20,000 bases of DNA from Ancylonema sp. (lineage: Eukaryota): assembly GCA_050230475.1 (NCBI GenBank), contig JBFLGF010000130.1, positions 46,698-66,697 on the forward strand, written 5' to 3'. Under the pieces are notes generated by a model. That model was given only the letters and a program-made list of their open reading frames with translations. It ran no database searches and had not been told where the DNA came from. Positions 1 to 11,047 of this stretch are shown here, piece after piece; position 1 is the stretch's first letter; every line of letters begins with the position of its first letter. A program made the position numbers and the translations under genes.

Positions 1-219
1 CTCCTGTATTCTTATTTCCCTATTTCACTATTTTCCTTTTTTCCGTGTATTCCTATTTTCCTTTTTAACTACTTTCCCCGTTCCATCGCATCGTACACTT
101 CGGACGGTGCTTTTCGATGCTCCAGCTGGCTGTGCTCTCGGACCATCACCAACATGACATGGAACAATCACCAAACCATTTTTGAGTATGCCTTCATTTG
201 TGTGTGGGTATTGGTCCAG

Positions 220-556
220 GTACGGTGGTGAGAGAAAACGGAGGTGCTCAGGAATCTGGGAGCACCAAAAACCATGCCCTTGTGCAGTGGTTCAAGACGT
301 ACTCAGAGGAAGAGGAGTTGAAATACATCGCATCCATGCGAAAAAAAGTACGCACCAGACCTGAAACAACCGACATTAGGGAGTACAGACTTGTGGGCAA
401 AAAACACGCACCTGACTTTGTCCGTTTGGTCGGTCGGTTGGTCGGTTGGTCGGTTGGTTATTTGTACAGGTGGCAGTACAGATGCGGGAGATGCAGCGAA
501 GACTGGCATTGGCTGATGCTGAGGTTCAGAGCTTACGTGCCAGCGCCGCCTCCTGA
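220..556 (+). CDS. Putative last two exons of an unidentified protein-coding gene entering from upstream (helical/coiled-coil-like C-terminus)
   Basis: Acceptor tccAG|220; exon 220-347; donor |GTACGC at 348; acceptor tttgtacAG|470; exon 470-556 ending in TGA. The spliced frame is open: GTVVRENGGAQESGSTKNHALVQWFKTYSEEEELKYIASMRKK-VAVQMREMQRRLALADAEVQSLRASAAS*. Family not recognised. Confidence 0.55.
426..459. repeat. Short (TTGGTCGG)n-like tandem repeat in the putative intron
   Basis: Sequence reads ttggtcggtcggttggtcggttggtcggttggtt. Confidence 0.8.
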
Positions 557-660
557 ATCTTCAAGATTGTGGCTAAGGCCACCTAGTACTTGTCCATAGG
601 CTATAGATAGGGCCAAGTATTGAGGTGCGATATTTGATTTGGTTGTCGAGGAGGACGAAA

Positions 661-817
661 ATGATGACGATGATGATGGTGATGATGATTATGATGGTGA
701 TGACGATGATGATGGTGATGACGATGATGATGATGATGGTGATGACGATGATGATGATGATGATGATGATGGTGATGGTGATGGTGATGGTGATGATGAT
801 GATGATGATGTTGATGA
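661..817. repeat. Compound (GAT)n microsatellite with GGT/GAC interruptions
   Basis: About 155 bp of gatgat... with recurring gatggtgatgacgat units. It produces the poly-D, poly-M and poly-S ORFs in the track. Confidence 0.95.
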
Positions 818-1544
818 GTGAAGTGTGATAACCTGAGGGCTTGTAACGCTCTTTGCAGTCGCTGTGTGCTCCATGGACCCTCTGTGTGAGGGGTACGTTA
901 ATGCGCTAGATGAATCAAGAAACAAAGAAATAAAAAACAATACATGGGGCGTAGAGCCGGCCGGGTTTGCACAAAGTGCTCCAAAAATACATTGTTTTTG
1001 CAAAAATACGTTGTTTTTGCAAATCAACTGTTTTAGTTGCTTATGGCAAGAGCACAGGTAGATGAAGCATGGTAATAGGGATGAAGCTCCGTTCATTTCT
1101 TTGTATTGTTAGAGCACGTGAGTGCGCAGAAACAAAATGATGTTAGTTGACTTGATTTGGCGCGTGGGCATTCTCATATATCGACAATTATTTTTCATGG
1201 ATGTGTCCAATCTCCTTGATAACGACATCAGCCAAGAAGGGAGTATTAATGTAAGATACAAGGTGCACCATAGCAAACAAAACTTGATTTTCTAGTCAGA
1301 CACGGCACGGCCATCTCTACAATAGCTTGTGTGGTGCCTCTTTGATACCTCGTGAATGGTCATGTGTGACATGCAAGGAAGTGATCTCCAGTTGCGCTTA
1401 AAATGAAAAGAAACACAGAAGGCTAACCTGTCCTCATCGACCTACGGCAGTTTTTCTCCAGGATCTTGTGCTTACCATAGTGCCGTGGAGTTTGTGAAGG
1501 CTATTCCACGAAAGCGGATTTCTAGCCTTTTTCTTATTGATTTA

Positions 1545-3086
1545 GAGCATTGCTTATGCCATACCCAAGACGATACCCAAGACGACACCGAAGACGACAG
1601 GTTAACCTGTCGTTTTGGGGGAATTATTTCGGCGGAACCCCGCGATAATCGAAGTACATATTGAGAGCTTACCGAAGAAAAGTGGCATTGCTTAGGCCAT
1701 ACCATGCCAATACCCAAGACGACACCGAAGTCTTTTCCCGGGATTTGACTTTATATTACGGTTCCGAAAGCCCCTCTCAGTGGCACCGTGCCTTTCAGCA
1801 CTGTGTCAGGGTCGGAATTTTGGCTACTTTTTGTCGCAATATGGCTAACAGAGATGCCAACCACTTGCAACTGCAATACTTCGCAGGTTTTCTTGTCCAC
1901 GCGCAGCGTTGCGTCACGATCCACCTCGATATCGCTGTAAAAAGCCGAACTAATCACAAATTCGCCTCATGAATTCTGAACTTTCAAACACCACCATCTT
2001 TTCAGATATGGTGATGACGAATCTGTGAATTAGTATGACAGTAGATGATGTTTTCAAAAGACTTCTGAAATTTGCAAAACAGAAAAACATTTGATAATAG
2101 TGAAGTTGCATGCATTTATGTGATGAGATGCTTTACGACCAAATTCGCCTCATAAATTCTGAACTTTTAAAGCACCAGCGTTTTTCCAGATATGGCAACA
2201 ACGAATCTGTAAGAATGCCTGACAGTAGATGAATTCTTCAAAAGACTTCTGAATTTTACAGAACAGCAATTTTTTTGATAACAATGAAGCTATTCGCATA
2301 TATGTGATCGGATATATTACGAATTCAAAGTTTATGTTACAAATGCACCAGCCATTTTGTGAATACGGCGATGCCGACTCTCCATCTCCGCAATACACTA
2401 CACATATCTCTGATCAGTCTGCTGCAATCCACTTTGCGCGTCGAAATTTGACGCCGAACAGGGAAATACGTTACAATCACTCTAAACTAGCAAGAAAAAA
2501 ATAATCGTGCCAGAATCGTTACATTGATTGGTTACAAGAGAAGTAGCGCTTCTTGCATTGCCAAAACTATGCAGTCTGATTTAATTTTTTCCTGCCTATC
2601 ACTGCGTTCCAAAAAACTATGTCCAAAGAAATCATTGAAACGGAAAGCACGAATTTTCTTCCGCATATTCGTAACGCGTCTCTCCATCTCCATCTACGCG
2701 AAACCAAAAGCGAGGGTGAGGCACTGCGGGTCGATCTAAGCTTCGCCTCCGCAAGTGCGATGTAGTTGCATATCGTCAGTAGCAAGGGGCGTCGGATACG
2801 ATCAGAGAATCAGCCGGAGGTGGCAGCCATGGAGCCAGAGTAAGCGGGTCAGGACAGATCAGGGCAGAGGGGATCATGGCGGGAAGTGACGGCTGCCTCG
2901 GCACGATTTACGAACCAACGTGATTGGATAATGGGCATGTCGTCTTCGGTGTCGTCTTGGGTAAAGAAAATTGACCCAAGACCATTGTCGTCTTGGGTAA
3001 TTTTTTGTGGCGAAACTATTTACCGAAGACGACATAAACGGCGCAACTTCTTCGGTGTCGTCTTGGGTATGGCATAAGCAATGCTC
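1545..3086. mobile_element. Non-autonomous PIF/Harbinger-superfamily DNA transposon, 1542 bp
   Basis: Perfect 29-bp TIR GAGCATTGCTTATGCCATACCCAAGACGA at 1545-1573 and its reverse complement at 3058-3086. TTA flanks both sides (1542-1544 and 3087-3089). TTA/TAA TSDs and GAGCA-starting TIRs are typical of PIF/Harbinger. Subterminal ACC(C/G)AAGACGAC motifs occur at both ends. No transposase ORF is visible. Confidence 0.88.
1957..2322. repeat. Diverged tandem dimer, ~183-bp unit, inside the transposon
   Basis: caaattcgcctcat(g/a)aattctgaactt starts at 1957 and again at 2140. Both units share the blocks tgacagtagatga, ttcaaaagacttctgaa, tttgataa and tatgtgat in the same order. Confidence 0.88.
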
Positions 3087-3373
3087 TTACAGTTGAGGGG
3101 AAACACATTCCACCTAGCACCTGCCGATTCCTCTGATTTCCAGCCGGTTGAGATTCGGTAGATGTTTCCAGTCGGCTGGAAATCGAATTTTCCCAAGTGC
3201 GTCGATTCCTGGACCCTCTGCGTAATCCAGCTGGGAATCCAAACGGCTAGACGGAGGGCTGCAAACCCCTGCAAAGGGCTGCCAAGGACAACGGGTCCCA
3301 GTCGTTGGGCAGCTGGTTGGCGGGAGGAAGTTTTTATCGGCACCAGTACGCTTTTCCCCGTCACCTCCCAAAG

Positions 3374-3696
3374 GTGAGAGATTCGGGTTCAGAAGACGCA
3401 CTCTCTCTTTTTCTACAGATTGCACCTTTTCAGGATATCCAGTAATCTGATGATTCGCTAGGTATTGTAGTATACCACAGTGTTGCTTCATTGCGCTGAA
3501 ATACCTTGCGTGTAAAATTATGTTTTCTAATCAGTTGCTTTCATCCCCGTTCCTTCGTAGCCTGTCAAAGGAATGAAAAAGGCTCAATTTGTATTATAAT
3601 AGTCGAGTCTATTCCCTGAGCTCTCCATATTCCTCTGTTGTCAATACGGCTCATGGTCTTTTGTGCCATCTGATACCAACTGACGTTCACGCCCAG
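3374..3696 (+). other. Putative 5'UTR intron of the RPRD1-like gene
   Basis: Strong donor caaAG|GTGAGA at 3374 and acceptor cccAG|3697, five nucleotides before the ATG at 3702. The interval is T-richer than the upstream GC-richer leader. Confidence 0.5.
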
Positions 3697-3701
3697 CTTC
3701 A

Positions 3702-6700
3702 ATGTCGGCTTTCACTGATCAGATCTTGTCAGAAAAACTGGCACAGCTGAACTCAACTCAGCAAAGCATAGAAAGTGAGTTGTCGTTTTCTCTTCTGCTT
3801 TTCCAACTAGAAGCAACAATTCGTGTGTGCCAGCCACCCTTTCGCATTTCATGTTGTGCTCGTCAGAATAAATGCTTTATGCTAACGTTTTACCTTTGAG
3901 ATGATGCAGCGCTGTCTCACTGGTGTATTTTCCACCGGAAGAAGGCTGCTCAGGTGGTGCAACGATGGGCTAAGAACTTCCGAGGAGCCCAGGCGAATCA
4001 AAAATTAGCTTTTCTTTATCTCGCCAATGACATTATTCAGAACAGTCGACGTAAAGGTCCGGAATTTGTCAACGAGTTTTGGAAGGTCTTGCCAGGTGCC
4101 GTGAATGATGCTGTCAACAGCAAGGACTCCAGCGTTCGTACTGCGATTGATAGACTGGTAAGATGTGTTCTCCTATAAAGTAATTCATCCTAAGTCGCCT
4201 CAAAGGTCTCCACAAAGGTCTCCACAAAGGTCTCCACAAAGGTCTCCACAAAGGTCTCCACAAAGGTCGCCACACACAGGGTCTGTTAGCAGTGGCCCTC
4301 GGTTGAGAGGATTCTTTCAATGCTTTCCCTTGCTGCACTTAGTTTTCATCTCTATCATAGTTTTAGATCCTCAATGAACTAACGAATATATTTGTTGTTT
4401 TGTGTCTCCAGATGAGTATTTGGGATGAGAGAAAGGTCTTTGGGCAACGCGATATCAATGATTTGCGGAAGGGACCTCATGCTCCAGGTGCAACGGAGAC
4501 GCAGCCATCAAAGAAGAGCATCTATGATGGTGCAAATGCTGCTGCAACCAAGCCTGCAGCTGCAGCAACCAAGCCTGCAGCTGCAGCATCAGTGCTCTCC
4601 AATATGAAGCAGCAGGTTGGAATGATGGATGTCGTTGGAGGCTTTGTGTTGATCTGGTGTAGTGCACCTGTCAAGACAATATGATAGCTTCAGTTATCTT
4701 TTGGTACTCTATGAAATTATTTCCTAGGACAAAACATATGGAATTTCTTGGAAGGCAGTGTCAGCTGCTGCCGTTCATCATGACGGATTTTTTTTGCATT
4801 TTTTGTTTTGACATCAACAGGTGCAGGCCGTGAGTCCTTTGGAGAGTATTGGAGCAGCATATGCAGCAATTCAAGACAGTGCATCCACAGAAGAGGCGGC
4901 GTTGAGAAACTGCAAGACTGCTGTTGTTGATATCCAGTCCTTGGAACATACAGCTTTTATTCGAGCAGCTGCTGGTGCGTATCAGAGACTAAATTACACG
5001 CTTGAGATTTTCAGCTCAAGAACAAGCTGGGGATTTATTGAGCCCAACAGCTGTTCATATGAAGTAATAAATCCTTTTAAAATCATTAGCCAGGTTTGCT
5101 TGCAAAGCGTAATCATGTTCTGTGGCAGGTCGGAGGATGGTGTGATGCTTTCCTTGTTGATTGTTGTAATGTTAGGTATATCTAAGGGTAGCAATGCAGG
5201 GACACGGTCGTCATTTCCGATCGCATGTGCTTGAAGCAGGAAGTGCAAATATCCATCAGGCTGGTTTCATTGTAGGGAAGGTAGCCCTTGAAGGCCTTGA
5301 TTTTACAAGAGAGTGACATTTGGTTGTTTAGGTTACAATATTGTAGGGACTCATTCACACCTACCACACTTTAGTCCTTTTCTGGAAGGGAGGATGTGAA
5401 CCATAGCATTGCAATAGTTAATTTAGGATCATCGCTCACATGTGCGATTTAAGCGTTCTATGATCGCTCTCACTCATGTACACTATCTGTACTTAGTGAA
5501 AGCAAATACTTATTATTTTTGTGGCTTATTGTGGCAGGCCCTGCTGCGGTAGCTCTTGTTGCAGCAGAGCTCCAGCAAAATCAAAGTAATTTGGCGAAAT
5601 GGACAAGTGAACTGGATGTGTACGAGAGGAAGCGCGCTAAGTTGGTGAATCTTTTGAAAGAGGCGCTAAGCACGCAGGTATACTGCTGTGTGTCATCACC
5701 TTGGGTCAATATACCATGCCCATGACAAGCACTCTGTCAAGTTATGGGAGTGTTTCTCATGTATCGGTATTCGAAGGTCTCAAAGACGATAGTTAGAAAG
5801 GTCAAGAGGTCAAACAAATTAGAGAATATTTAAATGCTAGAATGTTTCTTGAAATATTTCATAAGAATGGCAGTCAGAATAAGATGGGGAAGACATTCTT
5901 AAAGATATGATTGTTCGTAATTGTTGTGAAATGTCAATCCATGATTCGTAACTAGCTCTGGACCAGCTCTGTGTAGCAGCATTCATTTTGCCATCGCTGC
6001 GAGGTATGAAGGAGCATGAAGTAACATTCATTTTGTAGAATATAATCTTCCAAACAAGTGGCAAATATGGCCGTAGATATTACACCAGCATGTACCTGCT
6101 GAGAGTATCACTGATGATGTAGACATCTGGTCATGTGCAGTGCTGTTTTGATGCGCCTTATCTGCAAATGATACTCGAAATGCCCCTTCCCGTGTTGCTG
6201 TACCCATGACCTTCAGCCAGAACCTCACTTGGGAGTTCACATGCGAAAATTGGTCTTAGTATCTGACCACCTGTGTCTGTTTTTCCGCTCTGCAGGAATC
6301 CAAATTGGAGCGAGTGCGATCGCAAGTCCAGGTACAAGATTTATCTCAGGAAGGGAGGGGTGCAGCAACCCAGAACTGTCCATACCTCGGTCGGGGCGAT
6401 CTTGTTTTCCATGGGATGTTGATAAATATCACCTCCATATTCTGCAGACTCGTGAGTTGCTGCAGACATAATTCACACACCATGCTGAATGCATCACGGC
6501 AGGTGTCAAAATTATGTCATCTGTACTTCTGGCAACAGTATTATATAAGCTGGATTTTCTCTCAGCGATATCTTCTGAATTTCATACATCAAACAGACTA
6601 CAGCATCACCCTTAATTCAGTCATAAATTGAACCCTCACAGAGATATACGATGCAATCAGGTTTAGGCACAAATAAGATGCAGAATTGACAGCACTGTGA

Positions 6701-8603
6701 GAGCTTTCCTCTGCCACTGCATAACAGAGTAGAAACAGGGGTACCATATAAATGTACTCTTTGATGTCACTGCTGGAAATACAGAGTCCCGTGTTCTGCG
6801 TAAGCATGGTTATCCCGCCACTTACACGATCATTATGAGACTAGATACTGAAATATCACAATGTATTCCCAAAATAAATGCCAGTATCCAGCTCCACATC
6901 AAAGCAGGTTGACAAATAGAGCACTTTAGTTTTATGAGAAGACAATTTATGTGGATTCAGGGGGGGCATTTTGCCTGCGCTCCTGTGCATTTGTCTACCG
7001 GGTTAGTATGCATACCTTGCATACATGTGAACCTCCCTTTGCGTGGGGGCTTGGTTCAAATGACCTATGATAACAGTCTTTGCAACACAACTGCTTTATG
7101 TTGTATGATTTGTTGGAGGAGCCCTCTTTTCTGGAACAGCCCTATGGCTATGTGTGAAAATGGAATATGCACCATGCAGCTTGCAGCAAGCAGCAGGCTT
7201 CAAAGTGATTCTCTGACAGTATCCGAATCCCGTAGCTATACATTGCTTACTGAACTTGTAGCAATTTACGGCGAAGGATTGTGACTGATGAGTAGCTGAC
7301 AAGTGGTCTGTGCAATTTGAGATGCCTATGGCAGCTGATCAGGTAGGTCGATTCTAGAGATAAAGACACCCTATTCAAATAAGGAATGACAAGGTGTCTC
7401 TCAAGGTAGTTGCCTTCCTCAGGAGCGAATATGGGGACATACAGACCTTCCCAGTAGGATACATCGGCCTCATGCGTCATTTGTGCATTGAAAGCAAGAT
7501 ACATGCTTTCACTGTTTTATGATGTGCAAACGCTCAGAATTTGGATCATCAGACAATTGAAGCTACTTTCTTTCTACTACTGAAGCATTGCTTCTCCTTC
7601 CCTGCAGGTTGCCCAGTCTCAAGCGGAGCAGGCAGTCAGCATTCGGCATAAGCTTCTAACAGGTGGCAACCTGTCAGTGCCTGGCACCCCTCAAGCTGTG
7701 AACGAGCGCATCGGAAATGAATCCAACGGTAGAGGGCCAGGTGGAACAGAGGGAGCTCCTCCCACAGATCCTAGACAGAGAGCTCCTATCGCTGCACCAA
7801 TCAGTAACCCAGAGAGCCAACCCCTAGCAGCTCCTGGCTTTGCTCCTGCTGGACTGCCAGCTGGCTTGAATGGCATGCCAGCTGGCACTGCAGTGGCACC
7901 AGCTGGTGTACCCACAAGCAGCATTCCAGAGGTGAAGGTCGAAGCATCAGGTGGTGGCGCCAACCCAGTGGAGGCTGCGGTATCAAGTGGTGATACTCTC
8001 ACTGATCAGGAGCGGCAGAAACAGAATGCAGCACTGCTTGCTGCTCGATTGACGTCTTCTGCCGCTTCTGCAGAGATCATGAAATCGGTACTCCAAGCTT
8101 TTGCCGCTAACAATCAGGTTGCCCAGATGCAAACCCTAAAACAAGACAACCATGCAGAAAAACGCCAGAAGACTGAAATCGGTCCAACCCTGCCTGCAAG
8201 ACCTCCCTTCCAGCAAGAATCTCTTGCACCTTCCTCGAACTTTCCAACAGGCCACCCAAATTCCATGCCATTCCCATCCCCCAACCAAAATCATACGCCT
8301 CATGCCCATCCCATGCCCCCATCCACTACGCCACCCATGCCTTACTACCCACATCCAAATAACCCTCACTCAAACGCACCCCCCTTGCCAATCACCGGCC
8401 ACGGGTCCTACTACCCGCCCCCCACAACTCCTCCTCTGCCAAGTCATTCTATGGGGCCGCGTACCCATTTCGGTCCTGCCCCACCACCACCAGGCCCTGC
8501 CCCTGACCCGCAAGGTCGCCAGCAGGCACCATACAGGAGTGGTCGAGGCCCTCCTTCCGCGTATCTTCCTCAATATAACGCAAATGCGGGGCCTGCGATA
8601 TAG
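3702..8603 (+). CDS. RPRD1: CID (RNA Pol II CTD-interacting/RPR) domain protein, RPRD1/Rtt103-like, ~616 aa, 7 exons
   Basis: Exons 3702-3774, 3910-4157, 4412-4615, 4821-4974, 5538-5677, 6296-6331 and 7608-8603; all GT-AG with consistent phases; 1851 nt. Hallmark CID motifs: EKLAQLNSTQQSIETLSHWCIFHRKKA, KLAFLYLANDIIQNSRRKGPEFVNEFWKVLP and IWDERKVFG. A central coiled coil (RAKLVNLLKEALSTQ-ESKLERVRSQVQ-VAQSQAEQA) is followed by AALLAARLTSS and a Pro-rich tail, as in plant homologues. Confidence 0.93.
4201..4272. repeat. 12-bp minisatellite (CAAAGGTCTCCA)x5 plus one variant copy, in intron 2 of the RPRD1-like gene
   Basis: Five perfect copies at 4201-4260, then CAAAGGTCGCCA, with degenerate flanks. 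Confidence 0.95.
4538..4589 (+). repeat. In-frame 21-bp coding repeat (AAATKPA x2, then AAAS) in exon 3
   Basis: gcaaccaagcctgcagctgca is repeated in tandem within exon 4412-4615. Confidence 0.85.
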
Positions 8604-10530
8604 GACCTCAATCTGGAACAGGTGGGTGTGCAACGAGGTTGGAAATCTTGACTTCTATGCCTTAGTGATTAGAGTAAATGCGTACATATGCTTTGCTTGT
8701 GTAGATGTTTTGCGGGTAGAACGGAGGGGAGAGAGGGGGTGGGGATTTCAAGTGGATTGGCGATTGTGGATCGGCTCACAAATTTATGAGTAATGAATGA
8801 TTTGGATTGGGAAACATGCCATTAGACATCATGTGTGTCCAAGGCTAGTAGTGCCTGGCAAGTAGCATGCATAGAAATAAAACCCTGGACTTGTTGTGCC
8901 ACGATTATTTGTATATTTGTAGGTAATTTATTTAAGGTGATGCGCGTTGACATCATTGGCAAGGACATGTTGGTTGTGGTTGAGAAGACTCTATTGTTGA
9001 GTTATAACAATTCAGCAACTCACAATGATCAAGTTAACAATTTTGAAGTTGAGAGTCACAATGGGGTACGTAAAACTATGTGGTGGCATACATGCTTGAC
9101 GGGTAAAAGTACCCTTTCTAATCGCACCATCCACAAGGTATTGAGATGTTATACAATCACAGCGTAGCTGATGTATTTCTTCAATCACAACATCTTTGAA
9201 ATGTTGAGTGAGCCCAACGGCCAATAATATATCGGACTGATATGTTATCGACATTCCTTGGCCTTCTCGCAGATTGATAGTATGACTGGATGTGTGTCAC
9301 TCAGTAACCTCAATGCCAACCAAGGAAAATCCGATAATATTAAGTAAACCTCGAGTAGCCTTGAGTTTAAATTCGATATACTTGCAAATGTAGAGGAGTT
9401 TTTATAAAAGTAGTAGTCTAAGGTTAGGGAGGGTGCAAGAATATTGATATTCGCGTCAACCAATGCAATGTTGGAACATCATGTGGGTTGTTGATTATTT
9501 GGATAGCAATCATTTACATCATACATGTTTGTACATTCTCCTATGTTGTAACCATGACTTCGGAGATAGGCAAGTTGCGAGACAAGGACTGAACAATGAC
9601 TCAGTGGCAAGTATTACCCTACACGAAGTCAAAATATGTAATGTGATGGTGTCGAGCGTGTAAAGTATTATAAACACGATGCAACAATCCTCGCCATAAG
9701 TGTATCATGTGTTTGTATCATGAGTAGTATTTCGATTGAGTGTACTTGCCTCCATCTCTCTCTATGCGCAATTTTATTTTATTTTTTTTCGCAAATAACA
9801 TCTCATCTCTGTTGTGTTTTTTTTACACGTGCTTGAGATGCATGGCCGAGATTTGGCGTTAGTCAAAGTCACGGTGTGCACAAAAAATGGAGTATGTTCC
9901 CATGAGTCTCATGAGATTATCGAAAGAAAAATGTTTAAGAATACACAAACATGCTTTGAGTTGGCAACCCACTTTTCTATGTTCGACTCACACAACGTCA
10001 ATTAGACTCAATTAAACCGCAACACGATGAAAGCATCATTTTATACTCATCAGCAAGTATATTGTGTGAAACAAGATGGGTAAAATTGACTTGCATTGGG
10101 GTAATGATAGTACTAGTCCTATCAGACATGCAACATCCTACAATGCAGGGTGTCAATCCTGCCGCGGACGAACACGTGTCAAACGTGTCGAACATGGTGA
10201 CATGGGTGCTTGTCGAGTGTACACTCATAACAAAACAACAACTCTACTGGTATCAATAATCTTCAAAAAATAAAGTGTCCATTCGTGACGCCATGTCGCC
10301 TAGCATGAGATACGGCAAGAAGATGTTTGATGAATGGATTGCAAACAACTAGAATACTGTTGGGAGAGGAGCCATTTGAATTCACGAAAATGGAGACAAA
10401 ATATGCTTCCAAAACACCTTGTATACTATTTTTCAAAAAAATGTACATGAAATAAAAATTACATCATGTATATGTATGTACATATGTATATGTAAATTGT
10501 ACATGTTAAATATACGGGAACAAAATCCAA

Positions 10531-10927
10531 GCCACGTCCACTTGATAACAGCCATGCAACTTGCCACAGCCGACGCAGCCCAGTTTAGTAGTCCGGGAAA
10601 TTTTGGCTACGGTACGGACTCATTGGCAGCTGCAGCCTGACTGTCAATCCTTTTGCATCCGATCAGCTGCTCCTTATCCCGCGAGTGCGGACGTCCACGG
10701 ACAGCCGGGAAGGGCGAGTCCCAGCCCGGCTGGGCAGAGGATATCATTCCAACCTCCATCGGACACAGAATCAGCAAATCGGCAACTCTGTCTCCCTTAT
10801 CTGAACCGTGCGCCATGGATAGGGAGATCTGACGTCAGATATGTGTCCACGACGGCTAAAAGAAAGTACAGCAAGCTGCCGCAGTTCAATGGCCAAAATC
10901 TCCGTAGGGTTTAGGACAACAAAATCT
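10531..10927 (+). promoter_or_regulatory. Putative promoter motif cluster of the cpRNP gene
   Basis: GCCACGTC (ABRE/G-box-like) at 10531; CCTTATC (reverse I-box GATAAGG) at 10672 and 10795; palindrome ATCTGACGTCAGAT (C-box core) at 10827-10840; AAAATCT at 10895 and 10921; TAGGGTTT telo-box at 10905. These are motif matches only. Confidence 0.4.
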
Positions 10928-11047
10928 CGGTCGCGTCCACTTTCGTGAAGGCCGTTTCAGCTGAGTGTGGTCAGGAGGGAAATCTCCACATCCTAAAATA
11001 CCCTTTTCTCCTTTCCTGCCAAAGTCCTCCACGGACTCTCTGCAACG

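Noticed and set aside
625..1096. Poly-M, poly-D and poly-S ORFs as real proteins
   Set aside because: All are readings of the GAT microsatellite. The acidic frame has a stop just upstream and no good acceptor or ATG.
1563..1730. Repeated ACCCAAGACGAC motifs as a CRISPR-like array
   Set aside because: The context is eukaryotic, the 12-bp units are irregularly spaced with no spacers, and they mirror the right end of a TIR element.
4114..4377. SPQR and WRPL repeat ORFs as a CTD-mimic peptide inside a CTD-binding gene
   Set aside because: They lie in intron 2. Intron retention hits a stop at 4178 in another frame, and no workable splice route brings the SPQR frame in.
7284..7342. Box C/D snoRNA candidate (TGATGA...CTGA) in RPRD1 intron 6
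   Set aside because: It is only ~55 nt and I could not identify an rRNA-complementary guide.
7691..8793. Antisense and alternative-frame ORFs over the RPRD1 last exon (similarly 11972-12385 over the cpRNP gene)
   Set aside because: These are shadow ORFs of GC-rich coding exons.
8800..10500. AT-rich spacer with several short ORFs as a possible TE or gene
   Set aside because: I found no TIR, TSD, LTR, Helitron end or protein motif; only a TA-rich simple tract near 10460-10505.
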